Source: Octopus vulgaris (taxonomy: Eukaryota). Taken from it: DNA of 64,000 nucleotides. Numbering within the stretch: position 1 is the first letter of the stretch; each line of letters begins with the position of its first letter. The notes beneath the pieces are model-generated. The model was given only the letters and a program-made list of their open reading frames with translations. It had not been told where the DNA came from and did no database searches. Shown in pieces: positions 28,747-42,343 of this stretch. The translations under genes and the position numbers were made by a program. The stretch covers positions 43,338,001 to 43,402,000 of the forward strand of contig OX597815.1 of the NCBI GenBank assembly GCA_951406725.2, given 5' to 3'.

Positions 28747-28779
<33 letters not shown>

Positions 28780-29347
28780 CTGTGTGTGTGTATGTGTGTG
28801 TGTGTGTGTGTGTTTATATGTATTTATGAGCATGAATGTATGTATGTACGTAAATTGCAGAGTGAGACAACAGACACGCGCCTCCGTGCATAAACATATT
28901 CATATTTATAACTTTCTCGAGCCCCTTACAAAACCTTACTTTGTCTTTTCCATCATGTTCCCTCATTCGAAAAATAACCCTTGCACCTCACACCTTCCTT
29001 CCAAGACAAACTTTTAGATCCCCGTGCCCCCACCTCTACTGCCGCAAACATACCTCACTTTCGCTCTCTGGGTCTGAAATTCTACCTTCATTTCTTTCAT
29101 TTACTCTCTCACTCCCCTAAACCATTTTCTTTCTTTTTCGTGTTTCTTGCTATTTTCTTTCTTTGTCTTACCTCCAACAATTTTCCCCCAATAACACGAA
29201 AACCCATGCAACGCACGCGCGCATTGATGCACACGCGCACGCGTAATCGACCTGGCACGGGTAGGCGCGGAGCGTCAGTAACTGAAAGTTTGGGGGTGCG
29301 AAGGAGGGAATAAAAAGAAAAGCAAAAGCAGGGGAAAAAAATATTTG

Positions 29348-29378
<31 letters not shown>

Positions 29379-29688
29379 CTGCTTATAGCTGGGTCCAGAA
29401 AGGAAATAGACCGAAAGTGGGATTTAGTAAAAGGAGAAAAGCGTGAATATTGTTAATATAACGAGAGACGAAGGGGGAGGTAGAAAGAAGGATAAGGGGT
29501 AAGATTTGGGTGCGTGCGAGCTCTCTGTATACATACATACATACATACACACATACATACATACATACATACATACATACATACATACATACATACATAC
29601 ATACACACATACATACATACATACATACATACATACATACATACATACATGCATACATACATACATAAAAACACACACACACGCGCAA

Positions 29689-29719
<31 letters not shown>

Positions 29720-29780
29720 CACATACAAACACACACACTCTGATATAGATATATATATGTACATGTGTTTATATATATAT

Positions 29781-29886
<106 letters not shown>

Positions 29887-30480
29887 CAAATGAAATATAA
29901 GTATATATATATATATATATGAATATTTTATATGCATATATATATATATTTTTTAATAAGTATGTGTGTGTGTTTAAATGTATATGTTAGTTTATGTGTG
30001 TGCATGTGTGCCAGCATATGCGTGTGTGTGTGTGTATGTGTGTGAGTATACGTGCGCGCGTACATAAGCATACATGTGTGTGTGAATGCGCGCGTACATG
30101 TGCGTGTGAATGTGAGCGTGCGCTCGCGCGCATACGCATAAGTAATAAAAGAGAGTGGAGGAGATGGGAGTGACTTGTGCAATGGGTGAGATTATTTACA
30201 TTTTCGAATTTCGAGCAGAAACGCGAGCGAAGATGGAGTAGAATATGGCAAAAAGACACTCGACTCACCCAACGGATTTAATGAGTTTATATATCTATAT
30301 AAAAATACAATTAATACTTTTCATCGGTCCCATCATTGAACTCTGGCTATGTTGTGGCAACGCCTCCTGGGTCTTTCCTCGTTTATATCAATCCCAGTAG
30401 TGTGTGTGTGTGTGTGTGCGTATATATATATGTATGTATGTATGCATGTATGTATGTATGTATGTATGTATGTATGTATA

Positions 30481-30541
<61 letters not shown>

Positions 30542-30685
30542 GCGTGTTTGTGTATATATATATATGTTTGTATATATATGTATAAATATATATGTATATA
30601 TATGTATAAATATGTATATATAAATAATTATGTATATGTATAAATATGTGTATATAAATATATACATGTATGTATACTTTGTATA

Positions 30686-30716
<31 letters not shown>

Positions 30717-32127
30717 CGTATGTATGTGTGTTTGCATGTACGCCTATTTGCACGTGTGCTTGCATGTGGGTGTGCGCGCACACGTAGTAGATGTGCGCAT
30801 GTATGCTTATGCGTGCGCGCGTGACACACGCAAATATATACTCATACATATACATACCTACATACATACATACATACAAACATACATACATACATACATA
30901 CATACATACATACATACATACATACATACATACATACATACATACATACATACATACATACCTCTATACATACATACATATATACATATATACATACATA
31001 TATACATATATACATACATACATATATACATACATACATACATACATACATACGTACGTACATACATACATACATACATACACACACACATACATACATA
31101 CATACATTCATACATCATACATACATACATATATACATACATACCTACATGCATACATACATACATACATACATACATACATACATACATACATACATAC
31201 ATACATACATACATACATACATACATACACACATACATACATACATACATACATACATACATACATACATACATACATACATACATACATACATACATGC
31301 ATGCATGCAAAGGTGAGCTGGCAGAATCGCTAGCACGCAGTACAAAATCTTAAAGGCATTTTTTCCAGTTTAACGGTTCAAATACCACTAAGGTCACTTT
31401 TACTTTTCATCCTCTCGGTGTTGATTAAATAAATAAGTACAGTTTGAATACTCGAGGGCGGTAGGCGATGTAATCTATTTACCCCTCTAGTCAACACTGT
31501 TATATATTTGAGCCAAAAATTATATAGAAATTTGTGCAGTTTTGTCACCTACGTCGGCGTGTAGGCCCCAGGTAATTCTGGTGTTGAGATGGAAGGGTCG
31601 AAAGCACGTACAGAGATGCTTCACCGGCTGATGAAATGACTCCTCCTACATTTGGAGAAGGTGCACGGTTGTATCCTCACCACGCAAGTGTAGACACTGA
31701 ATAAAATTACTTGGATTTTAGCCCCTCGATCATAATGTTGCAGATTGAAATCCTGGACCGGGCGGTGCACTGTGTCCTTGAGCAAGATACTTCATTTCAC
31801 ATTGTTTCAGATAATTAATCTGAAATTGAGTACCAGCTGAGTGCTGGCGCAGCCTACTACCATCCATCTGTCCTAATCCTGATGCCCTGCTAGGTGAAGT
31901 GTGGAATGTTTGAGAGGATCCTTATACCTAGTTGCGAAATCATAGCCTCCTAAAGGAATTGCGAAAGCGTGATGCTTCCTACCAAGGTACTCGCTTGCAA
32001 GTGATGTTTTCAAATTTTTTATATACGTAGATACATACATACATACAAACATACATACATATATACATACATATACACATATGTAGATACATACATGCAT
32101 ACATACATACATACATACATACATACA

Positions 32128-32159
<32 letters not shown>

Positions 32160-32176
32160 CCTACTTATATACATAT

Positions 32177-32213
<37 letters not shown>

Positions 32214-32479
32214 TACACACGCACACACATACAAGCATCTAAACATAAATATATATTTACATACCTACACACACGCGCGCGCACATACGCACACACATAC
32301 ACATGAACGCTAACGGAATGCGCGGCGTTGTCCAGGAAACCAAATTCTCAGCTGCTAGCAAATTTAAGTTCATCTGTGTGCATATTTGAAGAACTCGCAA
32401 TATTCATCTGAAACCTCAATCCAAAACGAAACTAGTTCTCACAATTGTCTTTTTTCTTTTTTCTTTCTTTTTTTCTGCA

Positions 32480-32900
32480 GACATGATGCTATACGAATGT
32501 CTGACCTCCCATTGTTTGTACGACCCAGCCAATGGAGTTGACAGGAAAGAAATGGAGCGTGAGAGACGCTGTTGAGTTGGCGGAATCCAACCTTAAAATG
32601 GAAGAGGTGATGGGAGATGTGAAGAACGCACGGCTGGACTGGTACAGGACGGGACGGACACGGAACAAACGGATATCCCGCCAGAATAATAAAAAAGCAG
32701 GCGGGATGTTTTGACCAGAGATGTTCGCTAGATTAAAGAGGAAGAGCGTGTAACGGCAGCAGTGGAGTTAGAAAGCTATAATATGCATGGACCGCTTGGG
32801 AAGCAGCTGAGCGAAGATATTGTGGAAGTCGTCGTAGAGAATGGAGCTTCTCTGCTTTCATTACCTCCTGAAATCGTTAATATATTTCTATCTCCGGTCA
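32480..32900 (+). mobile_element. Decayed Hero-like (RLE) LINE fragment
   Basis: TGKKWSVRDAVELAESNLKMEEVMG resembles the TGRKW.A..AV..AESRL motif. Confidence 0.55.
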
Positions 32901-33509
32901 ATGTTAATTGCAGAGCCGATGCAACATTATTAACTGGCATCAGTATATAGGCTACGCATCGCTTGAGCTATTTTCACAGCATGTAGAATGTTCTTGGTGA
33001 CTTAAATTTATCGGGAACATTTTTGGCTGTCTTTTAAACAGCAATGCAGTGGCAGCGTTGCCAGAAGAATCAACACCAAGGCACACGCCTTATTATTATT
33101 ATTATTATTATGTTTTTTTTCCTCTCTGCGAGTGAAAGAGGTAAAACAGTAAAAGGAGACCAGGATCTGAACTTCTTAATGTTGCTAAGGGTAGAATTTG
33201 GTGAAAACACCCATGCTGCAATAACGAACCAACACTCTCATCTATCTCCGCTCGACTTCAAAACAGAAAATAAATAATCCTTTCCACTAAAAGCACAAGG
33301 CCTGAAATTTTGTGGGTAGTAGCTTAATCCCTTGTACTTAGACGGTATTTAATTTATCGATCCCGAAAGGCTGGAAGGAAAAGTTGACCTCCGTGTTATT
33401 TGAACTTAGAACGCAAAAACGGACGAAATGCCACGAAGCATCTTGCCCGACGTGCTAACGATTCTGTCAGCGCGCCGCCATTTAAAAGAAAATAAATAAC
33501 AATATCCTT

Positions 33510-33776
33510 CTTTCATCTTTTCTTTGTTTTAGTCATTAGATTGTGGCCAAACTGGGGCACCGCTTGAGATATTTTTAGTCCAATAAATCGACTCCAGTAC
33601 CTATTTTTTGCTAAGCCTGGTACTTGTTTTATCGGTGTCTTTTGCCGAACCGCTAAGTTACGGGGACGTAATCACACCAGCACCGGTTTCAAGCAGTGTA
33701 AGGGATTAACACAGACACAGACAGATAGTCAGACAGACAGACAGACAGGCAGACACACTCTCTCACATACACACAT

Positions 33777-33807
<31 letters not shown>

Positions 33808-33936
33808 GAGGGATTACTTGCAGTTTCCGTCTACCAAAACCACTCACAAGGCTTTGGTCGGCCCTACGTTATAGTAGAAGACACCCAAGGTGCCACACAG
33901 TGGGATTGAATCCGGAACCATGTGGCTGCGAAGTAA
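33510..33936 (-). mobile_element. SINE family A
   Basis: Diverged reverse copy. Confidence 0.8.
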
Positions 33937-33992
33937 GGCCCAAGAATGACAGTGTTGGTAAGTGGCGGTAAGATGTATGTTTCTTTCTCGAT

Positions 33993-34694
33993 CAGGGGTT
34001 CCCAACCGGGGTCCAGAAAAAAAAATTATAAATTATAATTTTTCAGTTCATATATAAATTTTGTTTACTAGGAACGGTACCTGTATTGAAATTTTTAAGA
34101 TTTGTATTTGGAATTTATGTTATGAATACAACGAAATTGTTTCATTGCTAGGTTTTACTAACCTACAAGCAAATGTTTTATTTAAAAATTTACATAGGCG
34201 CAGGAGTGGCTGTGTGGTAAGTAGCTTGCTAACCAACCACATGGTTCCGGGTTCAGTCCCACTGCGTGGCACCTTGGGCAAGTGTCTTCTACTATAGCCT
34301 CGGGCCGACCAATGCCTTGTGAGTGGATTTGGTAGACGGAAACTGAAAGAAGCGTGTCGTATATATGTATATATATATATATATAAGTGTGTGTATATGT
34401 TTGTGTGTGTATGTTTGTCCCCCTAGCATTGCGTGACAACCGATGCTGGTGTGTTTATGTCCCCGTCACTTAGCGGTTCGGCTAAAGAGACCGATAGAAT
34501 AAGTACTGGGCTTACAAAGAATAAGTCCCGGGGTCGAATTGTTCGACTAAAGGCGGTGCTCCAGCATGGCCGCAGTCAAATGACTGAAACAAGTAAAAGA
34601 GTAAAAGAGTAAAGAGTATGTGCATATATGGGGCCCACAGATGATTAGATAGCTCTCAGAGGATCCACAAGCAAAATAAGATTGGGAATCCCAG
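33993..34694. mobile_element. hAT (Charlie-like) MITE interrupted by a SINE
   Basis: Termini CAGGGGTTCCCAA / TTGGGAATCCCAG. Degenerate 8-bp TSD TTCTCGAT / CTCTAGAT. The SINE at 34197-34616 lies inside it. Confidence 0.65.
34197..34616 (+). mobile_element. SINE family A, full length
   Basis: Complete head-body-(GTAAAAGA)n tail. Other partial copies lie at ~36970-37215 (+), ~38590-38770 (-), ~47775-47945 (-) and ~55115-55176 (-). Confidence 0.9.
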
Positions 34695-34721
34695 CTCTAG
34701 ATCTGTAATAAATAATGCTGA

Positions 34722-34803
<82 letters not shown>

Positions 34804-35356
34804 CTGTATATTAGACACATACATTAAATTATATATCTAAGGGTACGGAACGTTCAGAGGATAGAAAAGTAGATTTTCTGTTCAGTTTCATGGGGAAGTA
34901 AGCTAAGCGTAGTCTTGTGATAATGAATACCAGTGTTTCAATAAATCCTTACGTGAGTGTCTATACTCTGAGAAAATTTCGCATCTTGTATTCAGGAGTT
35001 TATTACAACTTTAAAAGGCTTTAAGAATGTAACTTTTGCAGGAGTATACAGATCATATTTTTCTCCATCTGATTATATGCATTCAGGTTTCCTCAATAGC
35101 ATTCCACTTCATATTTTATTTAATTCCATTCTCTTTAAATTGCCGTATGTATTTAGACAATTTCGATGCATTAATTTTTTTCAATATGTCAAAACGAGAA
35201 GAATGTTTGAAACAGCACACCAGTCAAGTGTTTCTCCAACCGTACTTAAATTGTGTTTATGCAGAATTTCAAAGTTTGATTTGGCGAAGGTGAATTCCGG
35301 TTCATATTCAATTACTTCGGTATCACATGGCTGAGTAACTGGGTATATACTGATAA

Positions 35357-35406
35357 TTTTGGATGTATATATACTTCAGCTAGCTGAAGTACATATGCAT
35401 CCAAAA
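35357..35406. repeat. 50 bp loopless palindrome
   Basis: TTTTGGATGTATATATACTTCAGCT|AGCTGAAGTACATATGCATCCAAAA, with 2 mismatches. Confidence 0.85.
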
Positions 35407-35653
35407 CTTTTGGGAGCTTATGAGCTATAAGGATATTCTTGCTTATGACGAAAGTATAACTAAATTAAAGTTTATTCTTTAAACAATTTTCTATACTTAT
35501 GGTTCCCAAACGCCTTCACACAGATACATTAGATGTGTATGTGTGTTTGTGTATATGTGTGTGTGTGTATATATTTATGTGTGTGTATTTATGTTTATGT
35601 ATATGTGTGTATGCATGTGTGTAGATACGTACTTATATATTAATATCTGTATG

Positions 35654-35688
<35 letters not shown>

Positions 35689-35782
35689 GAATATATGAAT
35701 ACATTTTATTTGCGAGTGCATGAATTGTGTAGAAGCATAAATATTTATACGTATGAATGCTCACGGTCTATGTGTGTGTGTG

Positions 35783-35852
<70 letters not shown>

Positions 35853-36063
35853 TACATACATACATACATAAATGTATGCATGTTTGTATATATTTGGGTG
35901 GACGTTTCCATACATGGGTTTTATCTTATTATGTCGACTTTACTTTACCTTATTTTAGGGGCGACGAAATAATTAACAACTGAGCGTAATGTAATCGAGT
36001 AGCCCTCTGCCCCCAAATTTCAGGCTTTGTGCGTATAGTAGAAAGGATTATCATCACCATTAC

Positions 36064-36096
<33 letters not shown>

Positions 36097-36364
36097 CATC
36101 ATCATCATCATTGTTGTTGTTGTTATTCGAATAAGGGCTCGCAGATTATGCGAAACGGTATTTTATAGGTCATTTGCACCCTCCCAAGCATCTAAATCGC
36201 AGTTAATACACGCACAGACATGCATTGTGCATGCAGCTTCGTATTCATGCAGCTATGCATGCATGCAGAATCTAAGTATGCTTGCAAATGTGAGCATGTT
36301 TATAGTTATGTATATAGTTACATGTAAGTGAAATTGATATAAAAACACTAGCATTTACATATAT

Positions 36365-36666
36365 CTCGCGCCGCTCAGAAATGAGCACTGCGAGGAGGAA
36401 CGGCTGCTGCAGCGAGTGTCGTTGGCCATTATCCGCGGCAACACCATCACGATCATTATCGCGGGTCGCGGCTGAGCACGCCGTTAGTTCCGGGTATGCA
36501 ACCCATCGACCTTCCCTCTCTATCTTCTGCTACTTTACTCTACTTTTTCATTATTTTCCTTTATATCTTTGTTTTTGCGTTTCTTTGTATTTAAATGTTA
36601 TGATTTAAAATGTTGTCTGTTGTATACGACTGACTGGAAATAAAGCTTTGATTATGAATAAAAAAA
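36365..36666 (+). mobile_element. 3' end of a CRE-like LINE
   Basis: LLQRVSLAIIRGN..* (compare QRISIAIQRGN), followed by a 3' UTR with AATAAA and an A-tail. Confidence 0.6.
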
Positions 36667-37239
36667 TTGAAAACCACTACTATAAATAAGCATGCCACCA
36701 TAAAAGAGAAAAAAATACACACCCACACTTTCCTTTTAGTTCTTTTGTTTATAACTGTCAAGTTTTGTTGTTGCAGGTTAGTAGCAGGCCAGAACCGTAT
36801 AGGAAAGTATGGATGCGTTCTAACGAGATTTCACACGCTATTTCCTGCAGGTCGTGCATAGATCAATAATTATGAAATTCATCATAGAAACGACGGTTAA
36901 AAGAAATATAGATAAAGAGAGTGATAGACAAATAGATGGACAGTTGAATAACTTACCCTATTGCATGGACGTGTATGTGTGTGTGTGTGTGTGTGTATTT
37001 CTTTGCATCTATGTTTGTCCCCCTGCAGTCGTTTGACAACCGATGCTGGTGTTTAAGTTGCCGTAACTTAACGGTTCGGCAGCAGATAACGATAGAATAA
37101 GTACAAGGCTTACAAAGAATAAGTCTTGGGTTCGATTTCTTCGACTAAAATCCCTTTAAGACGGTGCTCCACCATGGCCGCAGTCAAATGACTGAACAAG
37201 TAAAAGATTAAAAGAAAAATGAATGTATATATGATCTTA

Positions 37240-38015
37240 AATACAAATTTTGGGACTAGGCCAGCAATTTCGGGGAAGAGGCAAAGTCGATTACATCGAC
37301 TTCACTATTCAACTGGTACTTATTTTATTGACCCTGAAAAGATGAAAGGTAAAGTCAACTTCAGCGGAATTTGAACTCAGGGCGTAAAGACGGACGAAAT
37401 GCCACTAAGCATTTTGACCGACGCGTTAACGATTCAGCCAACTCACCACCTTACACCGGGATAAAATATTACGTTTCTATGAGTAGAGCTTATCGCCTCA
37501 CCCAGCTGATAAAAAGCGTTTACACACACGCACGCACACACACACACAGGGTCTGATAAAAATTACTCTACAATATATATTGAGTAATCCATCACTTTAA
37601 TGCGACATAAAGGCGGCGAGCGGGCAGAGTCGTTAACACGCCGGGCGAAATGCTTTGCAGTATTTCGTCTGCCGTTTCGTTCTGAGTTCAAATTCCGCCG
37701 AGGTCGACTTTGCCTTTCATCCTTTCGGGGTCGATAAATTAACTACCAGTTGAGTACTGGGGTCGATATAATCGACTTTCCCCCTCTCCGAATTTCAGGC
37801 CTTGTGCCTATAGTAGAAAGAATCGTTTGCATGCCGGACAAAAATACTTGTTGACGTTTCATCTGTCTTTGCGCATTGAGTTTTAATTTCGCCGTGGTCG
37901 GCTTTGTCTTTCAAACTTTTAGCGTCGATAAAATACCAGAGAAGCAATGAAATTAATGAAGCCGACTAGCCCCAGCACAAACATTTCATGCCTTGTGCTT
38001 CTAGTGGAAAGGATT
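37240..38015. mobile_element. Cluster of family B SINEs (37240-37452 -, 37609-37822 +, 37825-38015 + decayed)
   Basis: All match the family B head/core. Other copies lie at ~31310-31520 (+) and ~33275-33480 (-). Confidence 0.8.
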
Positions 38016-38042
38016 GTAACTCCACATATAGACAAACATGAG

Positions 38043-38105
<63 letters not shown>

Positions 38106-38212
38106 TTATAAATTTATCTATCTACGTCTGTGTGTACAGGTGTTTGTGTGTATATGTATATTTGGCGATTTTCTTTCTCCGTCTTCCCTTCCTTGGACAT
38201 TTCCTTTTTCTA

Positions 38213-38249
38213 TGTTTCTGACGAAGAGCTCCGCTCGAAACGTTAAATA
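38213..38249 (+). ncRNA. Minimal hammerhead ribozyme-like motif in a short PLE-type fragment (~38120-38338)
   Basis: TGTTT CTGACGA A GAGC-tcc-GCTC GAAA CG TT AAATA. It has a canonical core, a 4-bp stem II and a palindromic AACGTT, and the fragment is flanked by microsatellites. Confidence 0.6.
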
Positions 38250-38397
38250 CTCCTTCTTTCTTTCCTTTCCTAAGCGTCCAATAACACTATACTTGTTCCA
38301 CGTCCTCGCGTTGTTGCGTTTTCTCTTTATTCATGTTTATATATATATATATATGAATATATATATATGTGTGTGTATATATATATATATATACATA

Positions 38398-38428
<31 letters not shown>

Positions 38429-38445
38429 GTATATATGTATATCTA

Positions 38446-38531
<86 letters not shown>

Positions 38532-38799
38532 CACGTGTGTGTATATATATTATGTATGTGTGTACATATTCATATATACATTTTTTATCTTTTATCTACC
38601 TTTTGTTTGTTTCAGATATTAGACTGTGGCCCGCCTTGAAGAATTTTTGATCGATGAATCGAACCTACTACTTTTTTTTAAAGACTGATACATATTTCAT
38701 AGGTTGCTTTGGCCGATCTGGTAAGTTACGGGGACGTGAACACACCAGCGCCGGTTGTCAAGCGGTGTCGGGATTTCTTTAAGAAATCACTTCTTTAAC

Positions 38800-38835
<36 letters not shown>

Positions 38836-39277
38836 TGTATGTATGTATGTATGTGTGTGTGTGTGTGTGTATGTGTGTGTGTGTGTATTTATTTTGATTA
38901 AAAGGTAGGCTACGGATCGCCGGTTCTCTCCCAAGTGGACAGTGGCTGCCACAACGCCGATCCCTCTGGGAACTTGGATCCTAATAGGTTATCAATTGGA
39001 GTATGTATTTATGTATGTATATAGGTATTAATGTATATATAATTGTATGTGTGTATGTATGTATTTATGTATGTGTGTATTTGTTTTTATGTTCAGTTAT
39101 AGTAAGAAAATTTACTTTAGTCTGATGGGTTACTCTATACATTTGTAGAGTATGAATTTAACACGAATGTTTTTGACAGTGACTTCGAAATATCGGCCTG
39201 TTAAGTTATTGTTGGACTGTCGACGATGGCTTAATTGACCGAAACTATACATACATACAAACAAACAAACAAAAAAA

Positions 39278-39590
39278 ACGATAAAAGTCGCCCTATTCAA
39301 GCCTAGCCAAGCTCATGGGCCCAGTTTCCCGGTTTCTGTGGCATATGTGTTCGCCCCAGCTAGACGGGACGCCAGTCCATCGCAGCGTTACTCAAAAAAA
39401 AAAAAAAAAAGAGAGAGAAAGTTGTGGCGAAAGAGTATAATAGGGGTCGCCACCACCCCTTGCCGGAGCACCGTGGAGCTTTTAGGTGTTTTCGCTCAAT
39501 AAACACACTAAAACGCCCGCTCTGGGAATCGAAACCACGATCCTCCGACCGCGAGTCCGCTGCCCTGACCACTCGGCCATTGCACCTCCA
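39278..39590 (-). mobile_element. SINE with family D head but a different 3' tail
   Basis: The 5' ~180 bp match 24830-25006, and the 3' part differs. Confidence 0.75.
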
Positions 39591-39699
39591 TATACAAACA
39601 TACATACATACATACATATATATATATAATTCTCTCTCTGTTTTTATATGTGTGTGCGTGCGTGTGCGTAAATATATGTATATATGTATATATATATAT

Positions 39700-39968
39700 A
39701 CTTTTTTTTACTTGTTTCAGTCATTTGACTGTGGTCGAGCAAATCGACCCCAAAGCTTATTTTTTGTAAGCCTAGTACTTATTCTATCGGTGTATTTTGC
39801 TGATCCGCTAAATTACGGAGACCTAAGCACGCCAGTATCAGTTGTCAAACTATGTTGGGGGGACAAACACAGACACACAAAGATATACGCACATACAAAC
39901 ATATATATATATATTATGTATATATATATATATTCATATATCACGGGCTTCTTCGACACATACACACA

Positions 39969-40012
<44 letters not shown>

Positions 40013-40189
40013 CACAGGAGTGGCTGTGTGGTAAATAGTTTGCTTACCAACCACATGGTTCCGGGTTCAGTCCCACTGCGTGGCACCTTGGGCAAGTGTC
40101 TTTCACTATAGCCTCGGGCCGACTAAAGCCTTGTGAGTGGATTTGGTAGGCGGAAACTGAAAGAAGCCCGTCGTATATATGTATATATG

Positions 40190-40268
<79 letters not shown>

Positions 40269-40335
40269 TTGTGTGTCTGTGTTTGTCCCCCCTAGTATTG
40301 CTTGACAACCGATGCTGGTGTGTTTAGTCCCCGTA
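39700..40335. mobile_element. Two oppositely oriented family A SINE pieces (39700-39952 -, 40011-40335 +)
   Basis: Both match the family A body. The + copy ends where the CR1 fragment begins. Confidence 0.8.
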
Positions 40336-40606
40336 TTCAAGGTGTGGCCGTACAAAGGTATGATGACACCTTATTCTCTGGACCGGAAACTCATCCTACA
40401 AGCTATATCGACCTTCTTGTTGATGTGTGCACTCCAACTGAGATCGTCATCAACAATTACACCCAGGTCTCTGATATTGTTGGAGGCTGTGAGCGGTTCC
40501 CCTGAAGGAAGAGAGTATGGTTGTTTTAGTGAGGAATTTCTTCCAAAATGCATCAGCTCAAATTTTCCCTCATTCAGTTGCATTTTGTTTCTGTCTGCCC
40601 ATTGAC

Positions 40607-41590
40607 TCACAGCATATAGATCAGACTGGAGTTGAGTTCGGTCTGCTTCTTCATTGACGATTTGCAGTAATGTACGACACTGGAAAGGTCGTTTATGTAA
40701 ATTATGAAGAGTAGCGAACTCAAAACAGTCCCCTGGGGAACACCGCTGGTGACTTTTGCTGGACTTGAGTGGACTCCATCAACTACAACATGTTGTGTTC
40801 TATTCACCAGGAAATACTTAATCCAGTGTAGAACTTTTCCACGGATTCCAACATTTGCCAATTTTGAGAGTAGGATATTATGGTCTACCCTGTCGAACGC
40901 TTTACTGAAGTCAAGATATATAACGTCAGAGTTCGAACCTGTTCCCAAGGCTTTGAGTACATCTTCAATGTGGTGTAAGAGCTGTGTTAGACAGTCCCTG
41001 CCACAGCGGAAGCCATGCTGATTTGCATTTAGGAGTTTGTGGGTCTCCAGGAAGTCAGCTATCCTTGATCTTAACACTCTTTCAAACACTTTAATGATGT
41101 GGGAGGTGAGTGAGATCGGGCGATAGTTGACTGCGAGGAATCTGTTTCCCTGTTTGAAAACCGGGATGACCGACTGGGATAGAAACTGTTTCGATATATA
41201 ACCTGCGTCTGACGAATTTCTCCAGAGGTTGGTCAGAGGGACTGCAAGTTGGTGTCTACATTCCTTCAGGAGACTAGCGGGGAATCTATCAGGGCTTACA
41301 GCAGAGTAGTATTTGACCTCATTTATTGCTGCTACGATGTCAGTGGCAGTGAAGGTTATGTCTGAGATTTTGTGTTGGGAGTCAACTTCGTTCGTTTCTC
41401 TTACGTCAATATCAGTGAGGATACTAAAGACAGAGCAGTATTGTTTCTGCAGTATTTCTGCTATTTCTTTAGCATCGTGTTGGGGAATGCCGTTATCATC
41501 AATCAATGGCCCAATGGGTGAGACAGTGGTTCTATGCTTATTTGCATAAGAATAGAACACTTTTGGGTTCTGTGCTAAGGCACTTTTCAA
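40607..41590 (-). pseudogene. LINE reverse transcriptase fragment lacking the (Y/F)ADD motif
   Basis: 327-aa ORF with the RT subdomain motifs. After FIIYINDL the expected xADD motif is absent. Confidence 0.85.
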
Positions 41591-41945
41591 AGCACTTTAG
41601 AGGTGCCTGGGGAGGCCTGTAAAGACCAACAATGATTATGTCCTTGGCTTTGCTGAATAGTGATACCGATTCACAGTAGCCATTGGAAAATATGTCCTTG
41701 GCATCAAGTGAAAAGGAGTCATGGATAAAGATGGCTGTCCCTCCCTTATTTCGGTCTGTGCGATCCGCACGAACAATGGTGAAATCTTTTATTTTCACCT
41801 CTGCGTCCATATGGGTGTTGTTCAGGTGAGTCTCGGTAAGGACAAAGAAAGGGAAGCAATGTGCCATTTCGGCAAGCCAACTCTCTATATATGGGATCTT
41901 CCATTTTTGGGCAATAATTGATGGGTTGATGCCACGTACATTTAA
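41590..41945 (-). pseudogene. LINE apurinic-like endonuclease, N-terminal half only
   Basis: LNVRGI...ETHL...YRPP are present, but GDFN and SDH are missing before the RT frame begins. Confidence 0.8.
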
Positions 41946-42281
41946 CAGGACTGTCGAGGTAAGGGAAGTTGGTAATGGGTGAGTGGTCCTTGTGATTTGC
42001 ATAGGTGGTTGGTGATAGTTGGTGATAGCTCGCTGGATCTCCTGGCTTAGGTCGGCCTTCATATTTTCTAGGTATGTCAGTAAAAAAGAGTTACTTGTTT
42101 GGTTTGCCACTTGGTCAGAGGATACATATTTCATGTTGGCGTTATTTGGGGGTTTTTTCATGGTTCTGTCTACGGGTTTTGTGCATATATTTATGCATGA
42201 GTGTATATATACATATATATATATATATATAATATACATACATAATATATATATATGTATATATGTACATGTGTTTTTGTG

Positions 42282-42343
<62 letters not shown>

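Larger units (their letters stand above)
40335..42181 (-). mobile_element. CR1-clade LINE with internal deletions
   Basis: APE motifs LNVRGI, LTETHL, RADR..GGTAIFI and GLYRPP. RT motifs NYRPISLTS, QHGFR, YLDFSKAFDRVDH and SGVPQGTVL. C-terminal RDLGVIVDDDLSW. Confidence 0.92.

Noticed and set aside
39215-39250. CGACGATGG...CCGAAACTA, a possible decayed hammerhead
   Set aside because: The core is incomplete and the 3' side is replaced by microsatellite, so it cannot be supported.
40704-41021. Antisense ORFs over the LINE RT, mariner (4771-5199) and PLE (48624-48821, 49703-49900)
   Set aside because: They are shadow frames of transposon coding sequence.
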